The notes under the pieces: generated by a model
The model's database searches: none
Told to the model about the DNA's origin: nothing
What the model saw: only the letters and a program-made list of their open reading frames with translations
Translations under genes and position numbers: made by a program
Shown: positions 6,989 through 20,873 of the stretch, piece after piece
How the letters are laid out: each line of letters opens with the position of its first letter
How positions within the stretch are numbered: the first letter of the stretch is position 1
From: Caulobacterales bacterium
Lineage (GTDB): Bacteria > Pseudomonadota > Alphaproteobacteria > Caulobacterales > Caulobacteraceae
Length of the DNA: 24,000 bases
NCBI GenBank assembly: GCA_038226305.1
Contig: JBBRQN010000010.1
Coordinates: forward strand, 1-24,000
Direction: 5' to 3'

Positions 6989-9166
6989 ATGCCCCTCGTC
7001 GCCCGCGTGCTCCTTCCCCTGCCTCTGCCCGAAGCGTTCGACTACGCCGTGCCCGAGGGCTGGCAGCTGTCGGTCGGCGCCCAGGTGTCCGCACCGCTCG
7101 GCCCCCGCACGATCCGGGGGGTGGTGACGCAGGTGCGGGAGGCGGAGGGCATCAACCGCCCGCTCAAGCCGCTCGCCGCCCTGCTCGACGATGCACCGCT
7201 GCCGCCCGGCACGCTCGCCTTTGCGCAGTGGGCGGCCCGATACGGCTGCGAGCCGCCGGGCGAGGGGCTGGCGCTGGTGCTCCGGGGCTTGCGCGCCCCG
7301 CCGCCGAAGCCCGCGCGGCTGCTGCAGGCGACGGGGTCCGCCCCGTCCCGCCCCACGGCCCCGCGGCAGCGCGTGCTGGAGGCGCTCGGCGCCGGGCGGC
7401 TTTCGGCCTCCGAACTGGCCACGGCGGCAGGCGTGGGGGCGGGCGTCGTAAAGGGGCTCGTGGATGAGGGCGTGCTGGCCGTCGTCGAGGTGCGGACCCT
7501 GGCGGCCTTCGCGGAGCCGGACCCCTCGACCCCCGGCCTGCCCCTGAATGCGGACCAGGCGGCCGCAGCGACGGCGCTGAACGGCTTCATCGGCCGGGGC
7601 GGTTTTCGCGCCACCCTGCTCGACGGGGTGACCGGTTCGGGCAAGACCGAGGTGTATCTGGAGGCCATCGCAGCCGCCCTGGCGCGGGACCCGCAGGCGC
7701 AGGTGCTGGTGCTGCTGCCCGAGATCGCGCTGACGCAGGCGGTGATCGCCCGCATCGCCGAGCGATTCGGGGCCCAGCCGGCGGAGTGGCACTCAGGTGT
7801 CGCCTCGCCCCAGCGCCGCAAGGTGTGGGAGGCGGTGGCCGCGGGGCGCTGCCGGATCGTGGTGGGGGCCCGCTCGGCTCTGTTCCTGCCCTTCCCGCAT
7901 CTGAAACTGATTGTGGTCGACGAGGAGCACGACGGTTCGTTCAAGCAGGAGGACGGCTTCGTCTACCACGCCCGCGATCTGGCCGTCGCCCGGGCTAAGA
8001 TCGAGGAGGCGGGGGTGATCCTTGCCTCGGCCACCCCCAGCCTCGAGACGCTGCACAACGCCGAGATGGGCCGCTACCTGTGGCTGCGCCTGTCGCAACG
8101 CCACGGAAGGGCGGTGCTGCCCGACATCGTCCTCATCGACCAGCGCGTTCACCCGCCCGAGCGGGGCCGGTGGCTGTCTCCGCCGCTCGTGACCGCTGTG
8201 GGCGAGACCCTGGCGAAGGGGGAGCAGGTGCTGCTGTTCCTGAACCGTCGGGGCTATGCCCCCCTGGTGCTGTGTCAGGCCTGCGGGGAGCGGATGACCT
8301 CGCCCGATACGGACTCGTGGCTGGTGGAGCATCGCTACTCCAACCGGCTGGTGTGCCACCTGACCGGCTTCTCAATGCCGAAGCCCGAGCGCTGCCCGCA
8401 CTGCGACGCGAAGGACAGCCTCGTCGCCATCGGCCCCGGCGTTGAGCGGCTGGAGGAGGAGGCGCGGAGCCTGTTCCCGCAGGCGCGCACTGCCGTGTTT
8501 TCATCGGACTCCACCTTCGAGACGGGCTCGGCCCGGGCGCTGGTCGAGCGGATGGCGCAGGGCGAGATCGACATCCTGATCGCCACCCAGGCCGCCGCGA
8601 AGGGCCACAACTTTCCCAACCTTACCCTCGTGGGCGTGGTCGATGCCGACATGAGCCTGAAGGGCGGCGATCTTCGCGCGGGTGAGCGCACCTTCCAGCT
8701 GCTGCAGCAGGCGGCCGGGCGGGCGGGCCGGCCCAACGCCGAGGGCGAACTGCGGCCGGGCCGGGCGCTCCTGCAGACCTACGCGCCCGAACATCCGGTG
8801 CTGCAGGCCCTGGCCCGCGGCGACCGCGAGGGCTTCATCGAGGCTGAGCGCGAGAGCCGGTCGCTGGCGGGCCTGCCGCCGTTCGGGCGGCTGGCGGCGG
8901 TGATCCTGTCGTCGATGAACCCCGACGCCCTGGAGACCTTCGCCCGCACACTGGCGGCAGCAGCCCCCGTGGCGGACGGGGTGGAGGTGTACGGCCCGGC
9001 CGATGCGCCGCTGGCGCTGATCCGCGGCCGTCGGCGCAAGCGGCTGTTGGTGCGGGCGGACCGCTCCGTCGACCTGCAGGCCTACCTCGAGACCTGGCGG
9101 GCTAGGGCGCGTCCGCCCGGGGCTGTGCGCATGAGCATCGACGTGGACCCCTACAGCTTCCTGTAG
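6989..9166 (+). CDS. priA: Primosomal protein N' (replication restart helicase PriA)
   Basis: 725 aa. N-terminus VLLPLPLPEAFDYAVPEG, Walker A GVTGSGKTEVY, DEEH box VVDEEHD, a Cys-rich region and a C-terminal domain are present. Confidence 0.93.
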   Translation: MPLVARVLLPLPLPEAFDYAVPEGWQLSVGAQVSAPLGPRTIRGVVTQVREAEGINRPLKPLAALLDDAPLPPGTLAFAQWAARYGCEPPGEGLALVLRGLRAPPPKPARLLQATGSAPSRPTAPRQRVLEALGAGRLSASELATAAGVGAGVVKGLVDEGVLAVVEVRTLAAFAEPDPSTPGLPLNADQAAAATALNGFIGRGGFRATLLDGVTGSGKTEVYLEAIAAALARDPQAQVLVLLPEIALTQAVIARIAERFGAQPAEWHSGVASPQRRKVWEAVAAGRCRIVVGARSALFLPFPHLKLIVVDEEHDGSFKQEDGFVYHARDLAVARAKIEEAGVILASATPSLETLHNAEMGRYLWLRLSQRHGRAVLPDIVLIDQRVHPPERGRWLSPPLVTAVGETLAKGEQVLLFLNRRGYAPLVLCQACGERMTSPDTDSWLVEHRYSNRLVCHLTGFSMPKPERCPHCDAKDSLVAIGPGVERLEEEARSLFPQARTAVFSSDSTFETGSARALVERMAQGEIDILIATQAAAKGHNFPNLTLVGVVDADMSLKGGDLRAGERTFQLLQQAAGRAGRPNAEGELRPGRALLQTYAPEHPVLQALARGDREGFIEAERESRSLAGLPPFGRLAAVILSSMNPDALETFARTLAAAAPVADGVEVYGPADAPLALIRGRRRKRLLVRADRSVDLQAYLETWRARARPPGAVRMSIDVDPYSFL

Positions 9167-9209
9167 AAATGCAGTGTTCGTAACGGGTTCTTGAAACTCA
9201 CCCGCCATT

Positions 9210-10001
9210 GTGAGGCAAGTAACCGCTTCCGGAACCACGACGATGACTGCATGTGACGGCTGCCGGAATGGGGAAGGCTTCGATCAGCCGATCAGCATGG
9301 CCTTCCAGCCGATCGTCGAACTGTCGTCCGGCGAGATCTTTGCGCAGGAGGCCCTGGTGCGGGGCCCGGCGGGAGAAGGTGCCTTCGCCGTGCTTTCGCA
9401 GGTGACACAGGCCAACCGCTACGGCTTCGACCAGAAATGTCGCGTGGCCGCCATCGAGCATGCCGCGGCCCTGGGCGTAGCGGCGGCGGGCCAGATGTTG
9501 TCGATCAACTTCTTGCCCAATGCCGTCTACGAGCCGGCCGCCTGCATCCGCCTGACGCTGGCGACCGCAAAGCGCACGGGCTTTCCCCTGCGAAACCTGA
9601 TCTTCGAGTTCACCGAGAACGAAGAGGTCGAGCCCGCCCACATCGCCAGGATCGTGGCCAGCTACAAGAGCATGGGGTTCAAGACCGCCATCGACGACTT
9701 CGGAGCGGGCTTTTCAGGACTTACGCTTTTGGCGCGGTTCCAGCCTGACATCGTCAAGCTCGACATGGAGCTGATCCGCGGCATCGACCGCGACCCGGTC
9801 CGTCGAGCCATCGTCCGCAACATCGCCAAGACCTGCGAGGAAATCGGCGTCACGATCCTCGGTGAAGGCGTGGAGACAGAGGGCGAGTGCGAAACCCTGC
9901 GTGAGTTCGGGATCACCCTCCAACAGGGCTACCTCTTCGCCAAACCCGCGTTCGAAAGCCTGGCCGACGTGGCGTGGCCCGCGCCCGCAGATGACGTGGC
10001 C

Positions 10002-10013
<12 letters not shown>
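9210..10013 (+). CDS. Standalone EAL-domain protein (probable c-di-GMP phosphodiesterase)
   Basis: Signature positions all present: QEALVR, SINF..N, EFTENE, IDDFGAG, VKLD, GEGVE and QQGY. There is no GGDEF or sensor domain. The start is either GTG 9210 (267 aa) or ATG 9243 (256 aa, MTACDGC...). Confidence 0.85.
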
Positions 10014-11780
<1,767 letters not shown>

Positions 11781-12554
11781 CTAAGCGATCTCGGCCCCCC
11801 GGCCGTCCTTCTTCTCTTTGCGACGGACTGCCATGTTCAGGAGCTCGACCAGAATCGAGAAGGCCATGGCCGCGTAGATGTAGCCTTTGTCCACGTGAAG
11901 TTCGAAACCTTCGGCGATCAGGGTGAAACCCACCACCAGCAGGAACGCCAGCGCCAGCATCACCACGCTGGGATTACGGCGGATGAAGCCCCCCAACGGC
12001 CCGGAGGCGACCATCATCAACCCCACCGACACCACCACCGCCGCCATCATGATCGGCAGGTGATCGGTCATCCCCACGGCCGTGAGGATGGAGTCGAACG
12101 AAAACACCATGTCGATGAAGAGGATCTGAGCGATCGCCGAGGCGAAGCCCAGGGCGCGTTTCGGCTTGGCCTCGCCGTGCGCGCCTTCGCCCCCCTTGAA
12201 TACCGCCTCGAAGATCTCCGACCCCGCTTTCCACACGAGGAACAGGCCGCCCCCGATCAGGATCAGGTCGCGCCACGAGAAGGCGAAGCCCTCGAAGGTG
12301 ACGACGGGCTCGGTCAGATGGGTGAGGAACGCCAGGAGCGACAGAAGCACCAGCCGCAGCAGGAGCGCGCCCGCCAGGCCGATGGAGCGCGTGCGCGCCC
12401 GGCTGGCTTCCGGCAGGCGGTTGGCTAGGATCGAGATGAAGATGAGGTTGTCCACCCCCAGCACCACCTCGAGCACGATCAGCGTCAGCAGCGCCGCCCA
12501 GGAGTCGGGCGAGCTGACGAGGGCGGTGAGTTCAGAGGGGCTGAAGCCGTTCAC
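11781..12554 (-). CDS. TerC-family integral membrane protein
   Basis: 257 aa. LEVVLGVDNLIFISIL and FSFDSILTAVGMT are the paired TerC signature segments. The GTG start overlaps the stop of the upstream protease gene (GTGA). Confidence 0.85.
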   Translation of the reverse strand: MNGFSPSELTALVSSPDSWAALLTLIVLEVVLGVDNLIFISILANRLPEASRARTRSIGLAGALLLRLVLLSLLAFLTHLTEPVVTFEGFAFSWRDLILIGGGLFLVWKAGSEIFEAVFKGGEGAHGEAKPKRALGFASAIAQILFIDMVFSFDSILTAVGMTDHLPIMMAAVVVSVGLMMVASGPLGGFIRRNPSVVMLALAFLLVVGFTLIAEGFELHVDKGYIYAAMAFSILVELLNMAVRRKEKKDGRGAEIA

Positions 12555-13705
12555 AACCAGTCCTGCAACGTCATCTTGATGGGCATGCGCTTGTTGTCCC
12601 GGGCGATGTCGAAGGCGAGGTCGGTGCCCGGCGGGGCGGAGAGCCTCGCCTCGAAGGCCCTCGCCTTGGCCGTGGTGTCCAGTTCGATCAGCCGGTCGCC
12701 CGGCTTCAGCCCCGCCGCCTCCGCCGGGCTGCCGGGTGCGGTCGCCTTGACCACGACGCCCACGCTGGAGGGCGACCAGGTCAGGCCGGAGTGGTCATAG
12801 ACGAAGGCGTCCGCCAAAGCCCCGTTGGGCCGGAGCCATACGGTGGAGCCTGCCGCATCGAAGCCCAGCGTGAAGCGGCGCAGAAGTTCGATGCCGATCA
12901 CCCCGTCGTACGAGGACAGGAGGGTCAGCTGGGGATCGGCCAGCTCGACCGGCACGTCGGTGAACTTGTAGGGGCCGAACTTGACGGAGGCTGTGCGCAC
13001 CAGGCGCGATCGGGCGATCCGGTCGGTGATGCCCTTGAACTGCAGGTCCAGAAACTTCGGGTGCTTGTCCCAAAGCTGGTGCTTGCGAACGAAGCTCGGG
13101 TCCAGCTGAAGGGTATTCTCGGCGCCGGTGTCCACCAGCAGGCGGGCGGTGACGCCCTCCACCTCCACATCGGCGATGAAGCCCTTGCCCTCCTGCATGT
13201 GCTCGCACCGCACGGCGCGAAAGCCGCTCCAGTTCGGGCTTCCGCTGGTCTGCACCCGCACGATGCCGCCCTCAAAGTCCATCTGGGTGGCGTGCAGCGT
13301 GAACAGCGACAGGGGGGCCACACCGTCCAGTGAACCCGTTTCCTTGGAGCCCAGGAACACGAGGTCCTGCGCGAGCAGGGCTCCGCCGAACACGACCTGA
13401 TGCGCCTGATAGCCCGTGCCGCTGTCTGTGCCCGCCGCGCCATAGACCCGCGCCGTGCCCACCGAGCGCAGGTCGAGCTTCGTGGCGATGTCCAGCTTCA
13501 GCACCGGGCCGAACAGGTCGCCGGTGTCGAGGAGCACGAGGTAGGGGCCGTTCTTGCCGATCATCATGCCGGTGACGGGCTGGCGACCCCGCATGGCGAA
13601 GCGGAACGCGAGGAACTGCGGCTCTGCTGCGGCGGCGATCGCCGGGGCGGAGGCAGCAGCGGCCAGCGCGGCCCCGGAAACGATCAAACGGCGACGGTCG
13701 AACAT
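12551..13705 (-). CDS. Tat-signal protein with two retropepsin-like aspartyl protease domains and a C-terminal PDZ domain
   Basis: 384 aa. N-terminus [29 protein letters not shown] has a twin-arginine motif plus an A-rich h-region. The first DTG is LVLLDTGD (nt 13520-13528) and the second is LLVDTGAEN (nt 13124-13132), followed by [12 protein letters not shown]. The PDZ segment is [33 protein letters not shown] lies 5 nt upstream of the ATG. Confidence 0.75.
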   Translation of the reverse strand: MFDRRRLIVSGAALAAAASAPAIAAAAEPQFLAFRFAMRGRQPVTGMMIGKNGPYLVLLDTGDLFGPVLKLDIATKLDLRSVGTARVYGAAGTDSGTGYQAHQVVFGGALLAQDLVFLGSKETGSLDGVAPLSLFTLHATQMDFEGGIVRVQTSGSPNWSGFRAVRCEHMQEGKGFIADVEVEGVTARLLVDTGAENTLQLDPSFVRKHQLWDKHPKFLDLQFKGITDRIARSRLVRTASVKFGPYKFTDVPVELADPQLTLLSSYDGVIGIELLRRFTLGFDAAGSTVWLRPNGALADAFVYDHSGLTWSPSSVGVVVKATAPGSPAEAAGLKPGDRLIELDTTAKARAFEARLSAPPGTDLAFDIARDNKRMPIKMTLQDWL

Positions 13706-14020
13706 CCAGCCTCCCCTAAGCGACGTGCGACCTTAAAGGGGCCGGGCGTCGGCGTGCAACGCGGCTTGCGTCTTGGTCGCCCCGCGGGTGCAGCCAGCCT
13801 CCCCACTCTGGTTGCGGGGGCGAAGACCCCATGCTATCCGCTCGCCCGGCCCCGAACGGCAAGCGTCCGCTTCGAGCCTCCTTGGCTATTTCCAAGCTCG
13901 CCAGCGCCGCCGCCCGACCCGTCGGGTGCGGAGCCTTCGGTTCAAGTGACCGTCGGTTCGATACAGGCCTTTCGAGCGCATCCGAGAGCGGATCACTACG
14001 TGGCGGACAGTTCCAACAGC

Positions 14021-14566
14021 ATGGCCGGCACGGCGGACGTGGGCTCGCGCTACGCCCAGGCCCTGTTCGACCTTGCGGACGACAAGAAGATCGTCGCCGT
14101 GGTCGAAGAAGACGTGAAGGCGCTGAAGGCTATGAGCGCCGAGTCGGCCGACCTGCGCCGCCTGATCGCCTCGCCCACCTATGCGGCGGAAGACAAGGGC
14201 AAGGCCCTCCTCGCCCTGGCCGCCGAGGCCAAGTTCAACGCCGTGACGAAGAAGTTCATCGGCCTTCTGGCCGCCAACAACCGCGTTCAGGCCCTGCCCG
14301 CCGCGATCCGCGCCTTCGAGGCCCTGGCCGCCGCCCGCCGCGGTTCGGTCGCCGCCGAGGTGACGAGTGCTGTGCCGCTCTCCAAGGCGCAGCTGGCGGG
14401 GCTTTCCAAGTCCCTGCGCCAGGTGCTGGGCAAGGATCCCGAGCTGAGCATCAAGGTCGATCCCGCGATACTGGGCGGGCTGAAGGTGAAGGTGGGCTCG
14501 CGCCTGTACGACTCCTCCCTTCGCTCGCGCCTCGACAATCTCAAGCATGCGCTGAAGCGCGCCTAA
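14021..14566 (+). CDS. atpH: F1F0 ATP synthase subunit delta (OSCP)
   Basis: 181 aa from ATG 14021. Sequence [12 protein letters not shown]...[21 protein letters not shown] is typical for delta, and it is the first gene of atpHAGDC. The start could instead be GTG 13998. The 388-aa track ORF is an upstream extension. Confidence 0.88.
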   Translation: MAGTADVGSRYAQALFDLADDKKIVAVVEEDVKALKAMSAESADLRRLIASPTYAAEDKGKALLALAAEAKFNAVTKKFIGLLAANNRVQALPAAIRAFEALAAARRGSVAAEVTSAVPLSKAQLAGLSKSLRQVLGKDPELSIKVDPAILGGLKVKVGSRLYDSSLRSRLDNLKHALKRA

Positions 14567-14574
14567 GCCTTTAA

Positions 14575-16131
<1,557 letters not shown>

Positions 16132-16159
16132 CACCTGACCACCGGAGAGATCGCCGGCC

Positions 16160-17047
16160 ATGGCCAGCCTCAAGGAGATGCGCAATCGGATCGGAAGCGT
16201 GAAAGCCACGCAGAAGATCACGAAGGCGATGCAGATGGTGGCGGCGGCCAAGCTTCGCCGCGCGCAGGAGCAGGCCGAGGCCGCGCGCCCCTACGCCCAG
16301 CGTATGGCGAGTGTCATCGCCAACCTAGCGAACGGCGTCTCCGGTGACGGCGCGCCGAAGCTCCTGGCGGGCACGGGCTCGGAGCAGCGCCACCTGATCG
16401 TGGTGGCCACCGCCGACCGGGGTCTGGCGGGCGGCTTCTCGTCGTCCATCTCCCGCGCCGCCCGGGAGCGGATCAACGCGCTGATCGCCCAGGGCAAGGA
16501 CGTCAAGATCATCGCCGTGGGCCGCAAGGGCCGCGACGCGCTCCGTCGTTTCTTCGGCGACAAGGTGATCTCCACCTACGACCTCTCGGGTGAGAAGAAG
16601 CTAAGCCTCAGCTCGATCAAGCCGGTGGCCGAGGAGATCATCTCCCTGTTCGAGAGCGGTCAGGTGGACGTCGTCACCCTGTTCTACAGCCGCTACAAGT
16701 CGGTGATCAGCCAGATCCCGACGGCCAAGCAGCTCATCCCCGCCGAGGTCGACGCCTCGGCCGACACCGGCCCCTCGCCCGACCTCAAGGGCGGCGTCTA
16801 CTCCTACGAGCCTGACGAGGCCTCGATCCTCGAGACGCTTCTGCCCATGAACATCTCGGTGCAGATCCTCTCGGCGGTGCTCGAGAACCAGGCCGGGTTC
16901 TTCGCCAGCCAGATGGCCGCGATGGACAACGCCACCCGCAACGCCGGCGACCTCATCAGCGCCCTCACCCTTCAATACAACCGTTCGCGCCAGGCTCAGA
17001 TCACCAAGGAGTTGATCGAGATCATCTCCGGCGCCGAAGCGATCTAA
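16160..17047 (+). CDS. atpG: F1 ATP synthase subunit gamma
   Basis: 295 aa. N-terminus [36 protein letters not shown] and C-terminus [18 protein letters not shown] are both typical gamma. Confidence 0.96.
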   Translation: MASLKEMRNRIGSVKATQKITKAMQMVAAAKLRRAQEQAEAARPYAQRMASVIANLANGVSGDGAPKLLAGTGSEQRHLIVVATADRGLAGGFSSSISRAARERINALIAQGKDVKIIAVGRKGRDALRRFFGDKVISTYDLSGEKKLSLSSIKPVAEEIISLFESGQVDVVTLFYSRYKSVISQIPTAKQLIPAEVDASADTGPSPDLKGGVYSYEPDEASILETLLPMNISVQILSAVLENQAGFFASQMAAMDNATRNAGDLISALTLQYNRSRQAQITKELIEIISGAEAI

Positions 17048-18528
<1,481 letters not shown>

Positions 18529-18529
<1 letters not shown>

Positions 18530-18792
18530 TGACCTTCCGCTTCTCCCTCGTCGCGCCCGAGCGCGAGCTCTACTCCGGCGACGTCGACCAGGTGGATGCG
18601 CCGGGCGCCGAGGGCGACTTCGGTGTGCTCTCCGGGCATGAGCCGTTCATGACTACGCTGAAGGGCGGAGCGGTGGTGGTCACCTCCGGTTCCACCAAGC
18701 GCGTCTTCACCATCGAAGGCGGCTTCGCCGACGTGACGCCGGACAGCTTCACGCTCCTGGCCGAAAGCGCCGTCGAGGCGACCGTTCAGTGA
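18529..18792 (+). CDS. atpC: F1 ATP synthase subunit epsilon, N-terminal beta-sandwich domain only (87 aa)
   Basis: The ATG overlaps the atpD stop (TGATG). FSLVAPERELYSGDVDQVDAPGAEGDFGVLSGHEPFMTTLKGG...GGFADVTPDSFTLLAESA matches the epsilon N-terminal domain. The ORF stops (TGA 18790-18792) where the two C-terminal helices normally begin. Confidence 0.85.
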
Positions 18793-19343
18793 TCGGCCTC
18801 CTCGCAGCGGCGGTCCTCGTCGCTGCGGGTCAGCCCGCTCCGGCGGCCGACACCCAGGCGGCCCTGCTTGACACGATGGAAGCCGTGTGTCGGCCCTCCA
18901 CCGAGTCAGACGTTCCCGCCCAGGTCTCCGCCGCGCGCCTGCATTACGAGCCGGTGGCCACCCCGCCCAACCTGCCCACGGGCAAACCCCTGCGCGCCTG
19001 GCTCGCACCTTCGCCCGGGCCGGGGAAGATCTACCTCCTCGACGGCGGCCTGCCGGATAGTGCCCAGGCGGGCTGCATTGTGGCGGTCTATGGCGAGGCC
19101 CTGCCGAAACTCAGCGGAGCCATCCAGTCGCATCTGGCGGCGGCGAAGGCCGGCTTCGCCTCCAACCCCACGCTGGCGGTGGCCGGGCCCCGGCAAACCG
19201 TCTCGCGGTTCGAGCGCCGCAAGGGCGACGTGGTGACCTCCATCCTCGTGATGCAGACGGCGATGCCGCCCGCAGACGCCCCCTCCGTACTCGTGGCGGT
19301 GTCCCGGGTGGACTACGGCTGGATGACGAAGCTCGGCCGCTGA
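18789..19343 (+). CDS. Hypothetical exported protein (signal peptide, no recognised domain)
   Basis: 184 aa. The GTG overlaps the atpC stop (GTGA). N-terminus MIGLLAAAVLVAAGQPAPA-AD looks like a Sec signal peptide. GC3-rich codon usage is consistent with real coding. It contains two Cys. Confidence 0.55.
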   Translation: MIGLLAAAVLVAAGQPAPAADTQAALLDTMEAVCRPSTESDVPAQVSAARLHYEPVATPPNLPTGKPLRAWLAPSPGPGKIYLLDGGLPDSAQAGCIVAVYGEALPKLSGAIQSHLAAAKAGFASNPTLAVAGPRQTVSRFERRKGDVVTSILVMQTAMPPADAPSVLVAVSRVDYGWMTKLGR

Positions 19344-19344
19344 A

Positions 19345-19590
19345 ATGGTCGAGGCGCTTCTGAACTTCGGCGGGATCGTCGGCGTGCTGATGGTGCTCGT
19401 GGCCTATGCCGGTATCCACGTGGACAGGATCGACCCCAAGGGCGCGGCTGCGCTGCTGCTCAACCTGTTCGGGTCGCTGCTGATCCTCCTGTCCATGTTC
19501 AAGGCCTTCAACCTGCCCGCCTTCTTCATGGAGGCGGCGTGGGCGGCCGTGGCGGTCTACGGCCTGTTCCGGCTGCGCAAGCCGCGCTGA
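19345..19590 (+). CDS. Small three-TM membrane protein (SemiSWEET/PQ-loop-like layout without the PQ motif; resembles CBU_0592-type small membrane proteins)
   Basis: 81 aa. The ATG lies 1 nt after the upstream stop. Three hydrophobic helices are GGIVGVLMVLVAYAG, AALLLNLFGSLLILLSMF and EAAWAAVAVYGLF. The family assignment is from memory of similar sequences only. Confidence 0.55.
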   Translation: MVEALLNFGGIVGVLMVLVAYAGIHVDRIDPKGAAALLLNLFGSLLILLSMFKAFNLPAFFMEAAWAAVAVYGLFRLRKPR

Positions 19591-19597
19591 GCCTGGC

Positions 19598-20353
19598 CTA
19601 GAGCCGGCCCAGCCACTCCAGGCACAGGTCGGCCAGGGCCGGCGCCTCGGGCTCGTCCATCATCCAGTGGCTCAGGGGCGCCACCACGCGCAGCTGCGCC
19701 GCCAGCCTCTGGGCCGTGACCGTGACCGTGGTGGTGGAGTGCACCTGATCCGCCCCGCCCGACACCACCAGCGAAGGCTGCAGCATCGCCAGGGGCGGCA
19801 CGAAGCTCGCCAGGGTGGGATCGAGCCACCAGCTGAGGATCTCGAACAGCGCCCGGCCGCTTTCGGGCTTCATGCGGGCGTAGAGGGCGCGGGCTGTCTC
19901 TTCCGGCAGGCGGTTCAGGGTGTAGTCGCGCACCGAGCCCCAGTCGGGCTCCACAGACTCCAGCCAGTAGGGGCCGCGGGTGGCGGGCAGGATCAGCCCG
20001 GCCGCCAGCTCCACCGGCGAGGTCACCGGTTGGCCCCAGGCGGGGGAGGGGGCCAGGAGGATCATCCCCGCCACCTTGCGTCGCGAAGCGGCCAGCTGCG
20101 CCACGAGCCCGCCCATGGAGTGGCCGACCAGCACGGGCGGCGACGCGGCGGCATCCACCGCCTCGCAAACGGCGCCCGCATAGTCGCCCAGAGAGCGCGC
20201 CTTCACCTTCGCAGGCGGGTCACCGGCGGCGTGGCCGGGCAGGTCGAGCGCCGATGTGGCATAGCCCGCCGCCTCGAACGGCTTGCGGAAGCCGTCGAAG
20301 CACCAGCCGCCGCAGAACGCGCCGTGGACGAAGATGAGGGGCGGCTTCTTCAC
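19598..20353 (-). CDS. Alpha/beta-fold hydrolase
   Basis: 251 aa. It has PLIFVHGAFCGGW (oxyanion region) and the nucleophile elbow GHSMGG. The start is GTG, 10 nt downstream of rppH. Confidence 0.8.
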   Translation of the reverse strand: MKKPPLIFVHGAFCGGWCFDGFRKPFEAAGYATSALDLPGHAAGDPPAKVKARSLGDYAGAVCEAVDAAASPPVLVGHSMGGLVAQLAASRRKVAGMILLAPSPAWGQPVTSPVELAAGLILPATRGPYWLESVEPDWGSVRDYTLNRLPEETARALYARMKPESGRALFEILSWWLDPTLASFVPPLAMLQPSLVVSGGADQVHSTTTVTVTAQRLAAQLRVVAPLSHWMMDEPEAPALADLCLEWLGRL

Positions 20354-20363
20354 GTGCGGTCGC

Positions 20364-20873
20364 TCAGGCCGGAACGGCGAACGGGGCGAAGGCCGTCAGC
20401 ACCCGGCCATAGGCCTCGCGCTTGAACGGCACGATGCGATCGAGCCCTTCGGCAAGATCCGCCCAGCGCCAGGCGTCGAACTCGGGCTCGTGGTGGGCGT
20501 TCAGGTTCACCTCGGCGTCTTCCCCCGTGAAACGCATGGCAAACCACACCTGCCGTTGGCCACGAAAGCCCCGTGCGCGCTTGGATCCCATGAAACCTGC
20601 CGGAAAATCATAGGCGATCCAGCCCTCGGTGTGGCCCAGCACATCGGCGGAAACCACGCCGGTTTCCTCCTGCAGCTCCCGGCGGGCGGCCGCTTCCAGG
20701 TCTTCGCCGTCGTCGACGCCCCCTTGCGGGAACTGCCAGTTGAAGGGCGCGCGCGAACCAGCCCGCCGCCCCAGCCACACATGGCCACCGCGGTTGATCA
20801 GGACGATCCCCACGTTGGGGCGGTAGTGCGGATACAGGTCCGGGTGGAGGTCGGTCGGCGGAGCTTCGTTCAC
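20364..20873 (-). CDS. rppH: RNA pyrophosphohydrolase RppH (Nudix family)
   Basis: 169 aa. YRPNVGIVLIN and the Nudix box GGVDDGEDLEAAARRELQEETGV are present. The conserved genomic context is downstream of ctpA and the deacetylase gene. The GTG start overlaps the upstream stop (GTGA). Confidence 0.9.
   Translation of the reverse strand: MNEAPPTDLHPDLYPHYRPNVGIVLINRGGHVWLGRRAGSRAPFNWQFPQGGVDDGEDLEAAARRELQEETGVVSADVLGHTEGWIAYDFPAGFMGSKRARGFRGQRQVWFAMRFTGEDAEVNLNAHHEPEFDAWRWADLAEGLDRIVPFKREAYGRVLTAFAPFAVPA

Noticed and set aside
9197-9214. Small inverted repeat CTCAC-N8-GTGAG after priA, considered as a terminator or operator
   Set aside because: It has only a 5-bp stem and no U-tract, and it overlaps the possible GTG start of the EAL gene. 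This is too weak to call.
12555-13800. Mn-sensing yybP-ykoY riboswitch upstream of TerC (also considered upstream of the VIT gene at 1234-1343)
   Set aside because: TerC has no 5' leader here, because its start overlaps the preceding CDS. I found no extended conserved riboswitch core in the operon leader (13706-13800) or in 1234-1343. The GGGGAG at 13712-13717 is best explained as the ribosome-binding site.
13831-14574. 247-aa plus-strand ORF, and the 388-aa extension (13400-14566), upstream of atpH
   Set aside because: The 247-aa ORF is out of frame with atpH and Arg/Gly/Pro-rich. The extension runs antisense over the protease gene and through the intergenic region, with no delta-subunit similarity before about residue 207.
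18792-19240. Frameshifted remnant of the epsilon C-terminal helices downstream of the atpC stop
   Set aside because: None of the three forward frames after 18792 encodes a charged helical epsilon-like segment. The in-phase downstream ORF starts with a signal peptide instead.
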